From IMG/VR virus record IMGVR_UViG_3300035212_003113, positions 248,001 through 312,000 of that record: a stretch of 64,000 nt of DNA, one strand, 5' to 3'. This document shows positions 9,675 through 17,858 of the stretch, in pieces. Position numbers and translations under genes: made by a program. Numbering within the stretch: the stretch's first letter is position 1; the number at the start of each line of letters is the position of its first letter. The notes beneath the pieces were generated by a model. The model did not search any database and had not been told where the DNA came from. It was given only the letters and a program-made list of their open reading frames with translations.

Positions 9675-9953
9675 ATGAAGTACACCGGAGAAGTCGTTAA
9701 ATTTAAAGATCGCCAGGGCAGCTTTGGCTTTATTCGGACCGATGGTTCGAATCCAACAGATATTTTCTTTTATTACAAATATCTGTTGATGCCTGGATAC
9801 AAGACGGTTTCTCCGGGCACCCGCGTTGAATTCGAACTCGGAGAGAATCATCGCGGCAAGATGGCGATTAAAATTCGCATTATCAGCTTGCCCGATGGCT
9901 CCATTCCAGAGTACAGCTTGCAAGAGGATGTTGACAGCGATGGCCGAGAATAA
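9675..9953 (+). CDS. Cold-shock domain (CSD) nucleic-acid-binding protein
   Basis: YTGEVVKF..GSFGFI (RNP1-like), DIFFYY (RNP2-like), GYKTVSPGTRVEFELGENHRGKMAIKI follow the CspA fold pattern. Confidence 0.88.
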   Translation: MKYTGEVVKFKDRQGSFGFIRTDGSNPTDIFFYYKYLLMPGYKTVSPGTRVEFELGENHRGKMAIKIRIISLPDGSIPEYSLQEDVDSDGRE

Positions 9954-10383
9954 GATCACCAAACCAGTCATTCTGTATAATCCAACTTCAAAGCCAGTTT
10001 TTGTGCGAGATCTCGATCTCAAGGTAAAGGCTGGCGAAACTCTTGATGTGTTTGGGTATAGCAAGAAGATAACTGACAATATGGTTATTGCCTCTGCCGA
10101 GCGGGGCTCGCTGCGCGATGCCCTTGTTTCTGGATCGGTTATATTCGTTGACTCGACAACTGCCCGTCCGGCAGCTACGCGATTCACGGAGTCAACGCGG
10201 CCGATCTCGCGCCGTCAGCTGTTGGCCCCCGTATCAAAAGGCGCTTCTTCTAACTTTATAGATCGCCTGCAGCAGGACTTCTCGTCGCGCGTATTGACCG
10301 CGCCAGAGCAGGAAGTTGCCAAGAATACAGAGCAGCTTATCAACTCTGTAGATTTCGAAGGCTTCGACGATCCACTGGAATAA
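9940..10383 (+). CDS. Hypothetical protein, possibly virion-associated
   Basis: ATG at 9940 has a GAGG SD at about 9924, so it is preferred over the track's start at 9826. Sequence begins MAENKITKPVILYNPTSKPVFVRDL. Confidence 0.6.
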   Translation: MAENKITKPVILYNPTSKPVFVRDLDLKVKAGETLDVFGYSKKITDNMVIASAERGSLRDALVSGSVIFVDSTTARPAATRFTESTRPISRRQLLAPVSKGASSNFIDRLQQDFSSRVLTAPEQEVAKNTEQLINSVDFEGFDDPLE

Positions 10384-10439
10384 TTCACTATTATTTGGCA
10401 AGCAGAGAGTAGCTAGCATTCCAAATAAGCGGTGACAAA

Positions 10440-11327
10440 TTGACTCAAATCTTTTACAAAAGAGCTGCCATACCACCTGGCGGCACTATTCGCTTGGAAG
10501 TGCAATTCAGGGACTCTGCGGGCCTTGCCCGCGATACCGATCAATTTCCACAAATAGAAATCGCAAACAGCGCCGGCCTTGTTGTCCGCACTGCTTCCAA
10601 TTTTGGCGTTCGCCGACTCTCAGAGGGGCGTTATCGACTACAGTACGAGGTTCCGGATGGTTACGCCGATGGTGTCTGGAAAGATACGTGGTCTGCGACC
10701 CTTGACGGCTTTGCGAATATAGCCCGATTTGACTTCAACGTCATAAGCCAGGGCACAATTACTGCTACGGGTGACACGGTAACATCTCCTGAGATGAAGA
10801 TTGGCGATATCCCAAAGATCAACTTTACCCAGGAAGAGATTTTTGGCATAAATATGCTTATGCAGAAGCTCCGCTTCCGACTGAGAAATACGCAACGTAA
10901 GCCAGACGGAACGCGTTGCGATATTCTTTCCATAGAGGACATGGAGTCTTTTATATGGCTTGCGCTAAGCGAGTTCAATGCAACTCCTACGTTCACGGCA
11001 TATACGTTCGCAGATCCGTCGATTTATACGATTTTCTCTGACCTCATCGTAGAGGGCGCATACCTTAAGTCGCTGCCCAGCCTGATACCGGCCGAAGTGG
11101 GTCGCGAGTGGGTGGTTACGGACGACGGCATTTCAGTTACGCCTGCATCCGTTAGTGGCGCACTTAATAATATCTTATCAGCACTGTATTCTGAATATCG
11201 TGCGAAGCTAAAAGAGGCCAAGCGCAATCATCGTCCAGCTCCACTGGGCATGGGCGCCGGTCAGCTTGCAGTGGCGCATCCGACATTCCGCCGCCTGCGT
11301 AACATTAGATATACTGGTCAGTTCTAG
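10440..11327 (+). CDS. Neck/head-tail adaptor protein (T4 gp13-like C-terminus) with an N-terminal Ig-like domain
   Basis: N-terminal beta-sandwich pattern (IRLEVQFRD..GRYRLQYEVP..WKDTW). Helical C-terminal half with LRFRLRN..MESFIWLALSEFN..DDGISV..YSEYRAKLKEAK. TTG start; position in the neck cluster. Confidence 0.6.
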   Translation: MTQIFYKRAAIPPGGTIRLEVQFRDSAGLARDTDQFPQIEIANSAGLVVRTASNFGVRRLSEGRYRLQYEVPDGYADGVWKDTWSATLDGFANIARFDFNVISQGTITATGDTVTSPEMKIGDIPKINFTQEEIFGINMLMQKLRFRLRNTQRKPDGTRCDILSIEDMESFIWLALSEFNATPTFTAYTFADPSIYTIFSDLIVEGAYLKSLPSLIPAEVGREWVVTDDGISVTPASVSGALNNILSALYSEYRAKLKEAKRNHRPAPLGMGAGQLAVAHPTFRRLRNIRYTGQF

Positions 11328-11336
11328 GAGTAAAAA

Positions 11337-11603
11337 ATGGCAATTGTTCAAACAGGAGATAGGAATCACCAGCACTTTTCGGCATCTGCCGGCGATACAG
11401 TGGTTTTTACCCGTCCAGTGGTCAATATCATTATCACGGCAGCAGCGGGCGGCTGTACACTAGACTTTGACGGCTCTGCCGCAGAGGATGGAGTACCTCC
11501 TATGGCGCTGGCATCCGGCACCCACCAGCTTATTAATATTTTGGTAAAGAAGATAGTGGTAGGCGGAAGTGGTAGCATCACCGGCGTTGGAGTTTGCACC
11601 TAA
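11337..11603 (+). CDS. Small beta-rich hypothetical structural protein
   Basis: Strong AGGAG SD; 88 aa rich in Gly, Val and Thr. Confidence 0.6.
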   Translation: MAIVQTGDRNHQHFSASAGDTVVFTRPVVNIIITAAAGGCTLDFDGSAAEDGVPPMALASGTHQLINILVKKIVVGGSGSITGVGVCT

Positions 11604-12079
11604 TGAGCCTGGAACCCAGTTCTATAATAACAGAATTACTTTCAGTCGAGAATGGTATCTTGGCTGGGGGCTGGGTTCTTGCTGGCTACCTGTTGCTGCG
11701 CTTTTTCTCTAAAAAGGATGCGCAGACAGGCCTTGTCGAGTCAATGGGCCGCGAGCACGCCGTAGAGCTAAAGACTTTGCGCGAGTCTCATTCTGATGAG
11801 ATAAAGGCACTGCGTTCAGCCCATGCAGAGGAAATTAAGTCGCTGCGCGAAGCCCAGGATGATCGCATTAACGAGATTGAAGATGAACTGGGCAAGCGCC
11901 TGCATGAGGCGACTGCAAAGATAAATGATCTAAACGCCGCACATATCCAGATAATAACTGAAATGGCTGACAAACGGATCGGAGATCTGAAGTCAGTAAC
12001 AGAAGATTATAATGCCATGGCAGAATCCGTTAGAATAGCCCTAGAGAAGATCGCGGCCGGCTTTAGCCGAAAGCGATAG
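11603..12079 (+). CDS. Single-pass membrane protein with coiled coil (holin-like candidate)
   Basis: ATG overlaps the upstream TAA (TAATG). Transmembrane segment ILAGGWVLAGYLLLRFF is followed by a long charged heptad region. Confidence 0.55.
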   Translation: MSLEPSSIITELLSVENGILAGGWVLAGYLLLRFFSKKDAQTGLVESMGREHAVELKTLRESHSDEIKALRSAHAEEIKSLREAQDDRINEIEDELGKRLHEATAKINDLNAAHIQIITEMADKRIGDLKSVTEDYNAMAESVRIALEKIAAGFSRKR

Positions 12080-12094
12080 GCGAGGATCAATTAT

Positions 12095-12304
12095 ATGGCG
12101 AACAAAGGCAGCCCTATGGCCAACCGCGACTCGCGTCGCGAAAAACTCAAAAAGATTCGTGAGCAGGTCGTCGCTATGGATGACTGCGAAGAGCTACAAG
12201 AGCCCGAACCAGATGGCTGCTGCCTTGCCGAAGAGCTAAGTAGGATCAGAGATCTCATACGAAAGAGGAACGATGAAGCTATTCTTGCGACATGCACAAA
12301 ATGA
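12095..12304 (+). CDS. Small charged hypothetical protein
   Basis: GAGG SD at 12082; 69-aa ORF filling the gap between neighbouring genes. Confidence 0.5.
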   Translation: MANKGSPMANRDSRREKLKKIREQVVAMDDCEELQEPEPDGCCLAEELSRIRDLIRKRNDEAILATCTK

Positions 12305-12770
12305 TGCGATCAGTCGCATCCTCGCAAAAATAATAGACTTCCTAAAAGGATCGCAGGCGGTTCGCGGTATGTTTAGTCACTACCGGGTTCCGCTCGAGCG
12401 CATTCATGATGTAGATATTCGCTTCACAGAGCTGCCAGTGAGCGCGAAGACAAAAGATGAGATAATCTACATAAATAACAAGTTCCTAGAAGACTCTGAC
12501 TTCTCAGAAGAGATGCATTATATCGTCCACGAGATGTGTCACTGGCTGCAGCAGCGCTGTGATGATCCGTATGATCGCTTTCCGAAGGAGGGCACAGATT
12601 ATCTAGATATGCCTTCTGAATGGGAGGCGTTCATGTACCAGGCGCATTTTATGCGTGAATTTTATGGTGACGGCAGGGCAGAGGAGTATGTTGACGACCT
12701 GCTTGACTTCCATGAAATCGAGGGCGAGGAGCGCAAGAAAAAGCGCGAGGCTCTACTTCTCGATACCTAA
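12273..12770 (+). CDS. Zn-dependent metallopeptidase-like protein
   Basis: HEMCH (HExxH) motif with a downstream ExxA-like third ligand (PSEWEAF); GAGG SD. Confidence 0.75.
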   Translation: MKLFLRHAQNDAISRILAKIIDFLKGSQAVRGMFSHYRVPLERIHDVDIRFTELPVSAKTKDEIIYINNKFLEDSDFSEEMHYIVHEMCHWLQQRCDDPYDRFPKEGTDYLDMPSEWEAFMYQAHFMREFYGDGRAEEYVDDLLDFHEIEGEERKKKREALLLDT

Positions 12771-12813
12771 TAATTTGTCAGATATAGGCTACAATAGCTA
12801 TATCTGAGGACAA

Positions 12814-14814
12814 ATGACGATAACCGCACCAGCATGGATTGATCCGCGGCGCCCCGGGCTTAGATCCGCACGACAGAATGTTGCGGATGGTGACGTCATT
12901 CTCCAGGTAACAGAGGCTCTGCCGAGTTTGCTAGACCTACAGGTCTATTATCTTGTTTACTTTGGCGAGACCGCCCTACCTGCTCGACCGTCTCTGATTT
13001 CAGGCAGTGTGCCGATCACAGTTCCCGCAAACATGGCTGGAGGCGACTGGCTATTTGCAGTTTCTGCTGCAAACGGCGCCGGCCTAATGGACTTTCCCGG
13101 TCTTTCTGATGTCGGCGATAATCTTTATGCTTTTCCAGATCCAGTAAACCTCGCAGCTCCGCTCGGTCCATCGGATACTAGTATTTCATTTTCTACTTCT
13201 GCCGGCTATCCTGTGGACGGCTACATTGTCATAGGGACCGAAATATTGCGTTATTCGGGTCTTTCTGGCGACATAGCATCGGTATCAGGAAGAGCTTTAA
13301 ATGGAACGGTTATCGCCTCTCATGCTGCCGGTGCTCAGGTAGAATTGTGGACAGGCGTAGAAGCTGTGTCGGCAGACGTGCGTAGCATTCCATCATGTGG
13401 CCTTGATATACCCAAGTGGATAAACCCAAATAAAGTCGGCCTTGAGCAGGCGATAGACGTGGGCGATGGTTACACTGTTATTCTGAAATGGGATTACGCC
13501 ACTATCCCCGTAGGCTTTAGTCCGCTATATTATCAGATTTTCAAATCAAATGACCTAAAGGACTTGTACGATAAGCCGCTGTATCTGACGACCGACAACG
13601 AGGCAACTCTTGCCGGGGTGACGCCAAAAGAAGGTTATTATTACGGCGTCCGGGCATCCTATTTTCTGTCGGATTTTACTGTTGCCGGAATGACCAGTAC
13701 TGGGCCTCTGTATGAGTTTCCTGCTGCGACACAGCTAGAGGAGAATCTTCTTCAGGGGAACCTGGGATCTGTCCAGGTTGCGACAACAGCGGGCTATCCT
13801 GACTCGGGCCTGTTGAAGCTGGGTCACGAAATAGTTCGCTACAGTTCTAGGACGCCGGATTCATTCTTGATTTCTGCTCGCGATGTATTTGCACTAGGCT
13901 GGCCAGAGGATCTTCCGATTGGCACAGAGATTCAGATGTTTCGCGGCGTTGACGATGGTGCGTCTTACTTCTGGAAACTAAATACGTCATGGGATGCTTA
14001 TGGTCTCAGTGCTCTGCCACTTGAGCCAGGAGACGGATACTGGGGCTTTGGATATCTACAGGATCCCGACGGCTATCGAAATTTCCCAGAGGCAGCTCAG
14101 AACGAGGATCACTCTATCCAAGAGGAGGATGCTGCGAACGCGGATCCTTTTGATTATTGCGGATTTCGGTCAAATGATCAGTCGCAGCTGCTGAGCGGCG
14201 ACTTCTGCGCGCCACGTAGCCCGCATGGCAGCGGCACGTACCACGGCAACTCTGCACTAGGACAGGGTGGCGGCATAGATCTCTTTGAAGGCAACATGGA
14301 GCGCCAGGAGATACTGCTTGGCATAACTGGCGAACCGTTTGTCCTGTTGCGCAGGAAGTGGACCGGCAAGGTCTGTCCGCGCCTTTCGCACAGAACAGAG
14401 CATCCAGAGGCTCGTTGCTCGCTCTGTCTAGGAACCTCTTTTGAAGGGGGTTATGATCGTTATATTCATACTCGCCGCCTGCGACCAGCAGAAGAAAACC
14501 CAAATGGATTCCTAGGAATACGCGTCTCTCCTTATCAGGATGAGCTTGAGCTGGTTGACTCACGAGGCTTCTCTACTGAAAAGACTGACTTGAGCGCCTG
14601 GACACTTGCTCTGCCTACGATAAGAGACCGAGATATTCTTATTAGGTACTCATTTGACTACGAGACCGGGCGCGTTAAAGAGGAGTTCCGCTACGAAGTA
14701 CTAACCGTGCGTCGCAATAGAATAGCACTGGGTAAAGACGGCGCCCAGCACCTCACGCTTAAGAGACTCAATCCAACGGAAGAAGTTTATAAATTTGTAG
14801 TTAATATTTTCTGA
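12814..14814 (+). CDS. Neck/head-closure protein (T4 gp14-like C-terminus) fused to FN3/Ig-like domains
   Basis: Two repeated N-terminal units (GYPxxGxxxxGxEIxRYS..R). C-terminal GEPFVLLRRKWTG.C...CSLCLGTSFEGGY...WTL..P.IRDRDILIR..RYEV..V.R..Q.L.L.RL is typical of head-closure proteins. Confidence 0.6.
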   Translation: MTITAPAWIDPRRPGLRSARQNVADGDVILQVTEALPSLLDLQVYYLVYFGETALPARPSLISGSVPITVPANMAGGDWLFAVSAANGAGLMDFPGLSDVGDNLYAFPDPVNLAAPLGPSDTSISFSTSAGYPVDGYIVIGTEILRYSGLSGDIASVSGRALNGTVIASHAAGAQVELWTGVEAVSADVRSIPSCGLDIPKWINPNKVGLEQAIDVGDGYTVILKWDYATIPVGFSPLYYQIFKSNDLKDLYDKPLYLTTDNEATLAGVTPKEGYYYGVRASYFLSDFTVAGMTSTGPLYEFPAATQLEENLLQGNLGSVQVATTAGYPDSGLLKLGHEIVRYSSRTPDSFLISARDVFALGWPEDLPIGTEIQMFRGVDDGASYFWKLNTSWDAYGLSALPLEPGDGYWGFGYLQDPDGYRNFPEAAQNEDHSIQEEDAANADPFDYCGFRSNDQSQLLSGDFCAPRSPHGSGTYHGNSALGQGGGIDLFEGNMERQEILLGITGEPFVLLRRKWTGKVCPRLSHRTEHPEARCSLCLGTSFEGGYDRYIHTRRLRPAEENPNGFLGIRVSPYQDELELVDSRGFSTEKTDLSAWTLALPTIRDRDILIRYSFDYETGRVKEEFRYEVLTVRRNRIALGKDGAQHLTLKRLNPTEEVYKFVVNIF

Positions 14815-14821
14815 GGACAAG

Positions 14822-17716
14822 ATGGCAACCAAATATCCTGATGGCATAGATAATACTACTTCTCTTCCGTATATAACAAACGGCACTTCTCCGATGGTGG
14901 CAGAAGATATCAATCGCCTGCGTGACGCGGTTGTTGCAGTAGAGACTGAGTTGGGTGCAGATCCTAGCGGTACGTTTACGTCGGTTGCTGCGCGTGTTGC
15001 CGCAAATGAGCAAGCAATATCAGAGTATGCGCGTTCAGAATTCCTCGTTCTTTCGCATGATGGGTATGTGTCACGCGAGCGTGTATTTATGCCATCCACG
15101 AACTTCGCCGCGACTGATGGCGGACCTGGCTTCAACTACGAGCTGGATCTCGCTGCAAACGTGGGTATAGGCACCGCTACTCCCGCCTCAGACTATAGCC
15201 TCACTCTTGATGGAAATGGAACAACGCGAATTGGCGGAGTAACGCTGCGTAACGCTGGAACGGATACGTTTTACGTAGGAAGCGCCACGGCATCGGATTC
15301 TGCAAATATAAGATTAATGAATCCAAATGCGGGCTATGTTGCCGTTGGAACCGACGGCACTGAGCGCCTTAGGATCACTAGCGCAGGAGACGTAGGTCTG
15401 GGCACAACCTCTCCTGCCGGCCGACTGCACGTATCTGGCGGGGATTTGCTGGTGGATACGGGAGATGTTGGAATAGGTACCGCGACACCTGCGGGCCGAC
15501 TGCACGTATCTGGCGGGGATTTGCTGGTGGATACGGGAGATGTTGGAATAGGTACCCTCGCGCCAAGCGAGCTGCTACATGTATCTGGCGGCAACCTGCT
15601 GCTCGAGAGCAGTGCCGGTGCAGGTGTACCGTACGCTATCATGAAAGGCACTCAGGGTGGGGTCCAGCTGTCCAGTAATAACAATATTGGCAAAATGGAT
15701 ATTTTGGATAGCACCGGTGCGGTAGTAATATCACTTCTGAATGACGGCGATAATCGCCTGGTTGGCGCGAATAATGCTAATTTTTCATTCTACACGAATA
15801 ATACCGAGAAGATGAGGCTTTCCGCTACAGGCGAACTGCTTATAAACACAGTGACAAATCCTGATTCGGCGCAGATGCATGTTTCTGGCGGAGGGATTAC
15901 GCACTCGTCGAGTCAGTTTAACGCCCGTCCTGGTTCTGGCGTTAACTACGAGTGGGTAAATCGAGATGGCGCGGGGCACACATGGTATGTCAATTCTGCT
16001 GCGACGCAGGCGATGACTATTGCCGGCACGGGGAATGTCGGCATAGGAACTGTCTCTCCTGCTGCACAGCTTTCGATAGGATCTTCTAGTCAATTCCGGG
16101 TTGACTCCAGTGGCGACATCGTTCGCATAAATGATGTGCCATATGCATTTCCAGCGGTCCAGGGCGTTGCTAGCAGTGCGCTGCGTAACGATGGCAGCGG
16201 AGACCTAAGCTGGTCTTTGGTGCAGGACACTGAGATCGTCGGAGGTCTGCAGACTGTTGCCGACATCACTGCCCGGGATGCAATCGCCGCCGCCCAGCGC
16301 AAAGAAGGTATGGTTGTCTATAGCCAGGCCGATGACCGTCATTTTGTCCTCGAGGGCGGCGTAACCAATAGCGACTGGAAGGAGCTGGGCGATGACAACC
16401 GGCTCGTAGGCGGCCTACAGACCGTTGCCAGTACTGCGGCCCGCGATGCTATTCCTGCGGCCCGGCGAAAAGAGGGCATGATCGTCTATAGTCAGGCAGA
16501 TGATCGTCACTTCGTACTGGAAGGCGGGCTGACAAATTCTAATTGGAAAGAGCTAGGTGACGACGGGCGCCTTGTAGGAGGCATGCGCGTTGTCTCAAGC
16601 CTCTCGACGATCCCTCTTGCTAACCAGAAAGTTGACATGCTGGTCATGCTGTCGACTACCAATACTGTTTATCGTCTAAATGCCACGTCTGCACCACCAA
16701 TCCCAGCAGCTAATTGGGTTAAATTGTTTACGGCTAATGGCGGCACAGACACTATCGCTGCACTTGCGCTAGATGAGCTCTCTGTCTCTGGCATTGTCCT
16801 GCGTCAGATAGAGGCGGTGCATGCCAGAGGGCTTAAGGGACGGCAGTCTTCTGTTGACTATGGGTCATCGCGGGTACACTGGGGTTTTGAGCTTATGCCT
16901 GCGATTGTCTCACTTCTTCCCGATTTTGCGCCGGCGGCAACACTTAAGCCTGGCTACGGCGTTTCTGCCGATGGCCTCAATGTAAATCTCTCGTTAGATG
17001 TCACAGCTGATATTACTGATCCGGCTAATTACCTACCCTCCTCATCGCCACCAGTTTCATATCCTGCAAGCATCTACGCATTTGTCGACTACGACCAACA
17101 GCTTCGCTTTTCCACAACACCGCCTGATCAGTTTGGCAGACCGGCGACTGCCGAAGCTGGTTATGCTATTGGTGAATATGTATACGTAGGTATGATGAGA
17201 CCAATAGCTGCGGTAGGAGGGGACTTTGATACAGTATGGGGGGCGTTCTCAGTGTCTCACCTTGGAAATGGCGTCCGAAAGCTCTACTTCGGCGACATTG
17301 GCGATCTGGCCGCTCCCAACGTGGTGCCAATGTTCGAGTCAGACACCAATACTATGGTGCCGACGTCAACGCAGACTACGAATCTCCTTGACGGTGTGAC
17401 GGCGACGGTATTTCCAACTTGCTCTGAGGTTGAGGCGGTGTTGTTTGGTCAGGCATCCCCTAGTATTACGACTGGCGAGTATCTAGGATATGTGCGCGGA
17501 CATGGAGTATGGCTATCCTGTTCGGCGTACCGGACTGCTTCTGTGAGAAGCATATGGGAGCAAACCATCGTCGTAACACTTGCTACCAGCGAATCTCAAC
17601 TAACACTTGATAATGCTGTGCCGGCAAATCCAGGCAACTACACATTCTTATTCCTCAGCTGGGTGCGGGCCGCCATTGAGAACGTGAACCAGCCGGTTCC
17701 TCTCAAGAACCCGTAA
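14822..17716 (+). CDS. Fibre protein with GNVGIGT-type shaft repeats
   Basis: Repeated G[DN]VGIGTxxPxxxLHVxG units, three 56-aa GGL..RDAI..RKEGM repeats, and an N-terminal KYP.xIDxxxxLP domain. Confidence 0.75.
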   Translation: MATKYPDGIDNTTSLPYITNGTSPMVAEDINRLRDAVVAVETELGADPSGTFTSVAARVAANEQAISEYARSEFLVLSHDGYVSRERVFMPSTNFAATDGGPGFNYELDLAANVGIGTATPASDYSLTLDGNGTTRIGGVTLRNAGTDTFYVGSATASDSANIRLMNPNAGYVAVGTDGTERLRITSAGDVGLGTTSPAGRLHVSGGDLLVDTGDVGIGTATPAGRLHVSGGDLLVDTGDVGIGTLAPSELLHVSGGNLLLESSAGAGVPYAIMKGTQGGVQLSSNNNIGKMDILDSTGAVVISLLNDGDNRLVGANNANFSFYTNNTEKMRLSATGELLINTVTNPDSAQMHVSGGGITHSSSQFNARPGSGVNYEWVNRDGAGHTWYVNSAATQAMTIAGTGNVGIGTVSPAAQLSIGSSSQFRVDSSGDIVRINDVPYAFPAVQGVASSALRNDGSGDLSWSLVQDTEIVGGLQTVADITARDAIAAAQRKEGMVVYSQADDRHFVLEGGVTNSDWKELGDDNRLVGGLQTVASTAARDAIPAARRKEGMIVYSQADDRHFVLEGGLTNSNWKELGDDGRLVGGMRVVSSLSTIPLANQKVDMLVMLSTTNTVYRLNATSAPPIPAANWVKLFTANGGTDTIAALALDELSVSGIVLRQIEAVHARGLKGRQSSVDYGSSRVHWGFELMPAIVSLLPDFAPAATLKPGYGVSADGLNVNLSLDVTADITDPANYLPSSSPPVSYPASIYAFVDYDQQLRFSTTPPDQFGRPATAEAGYAIGEYVYVGMMRPIAAVGGDFDTVWGAFSVSHLGNGVRKLYFGDIGDLAAPNVVPMFESDTNTMVPTSTQTTNLLDGVTATVFPTCSEVEAVLFGQASPSITTGEYLGYVRGHGVWLSCSAYRTASVRSIWEQTIVVTLATSESQLTLDNAVPANPGNYTFLFLSWVRAAIENVNQPVPLKNP
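15419..15556 (+). repeat. Exact 63-nt direct repeat with a 75-nt period
   Basis: GGCCGACTGCACGTATCTGGCGGGGATTTGCTGGTGGATACGGGAGATGTTGGAATAGGTACC at 15419-15481 and 15494-15556. Confidence 0.92.
16235..16725 (+). repeat. Three coding repeats with a 168-nt (56-aa) period
   Basis: Units start at 16235, 16403 and 16571: IVGGLQTV..RDAI..RKEGMVVYSQADDRHFVLEGG..NSDWKELGDD. The third copy is diverged. Confidence 0.88.
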
Positions 17717-17858
17717 GGACCCAATAACCGCTTGCGATTTCTCCGGCGCCTTGATCTAGCTGATCTACCTGTCCTGAGCAGTGATGCCTCTGCGGTTAGT
17801 GGCAATATGTGGTAAAAATAGCGGCGCCCCAGCCTATGAATTTTAAGCGAAATTCTTT

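Noticed and set aside
14822-17716. Peptidase S74 intramolecular chaperone, often found after GNVGIGT repeats
   Set aside because: No SD.RLK.NI motif at the C-terminus.
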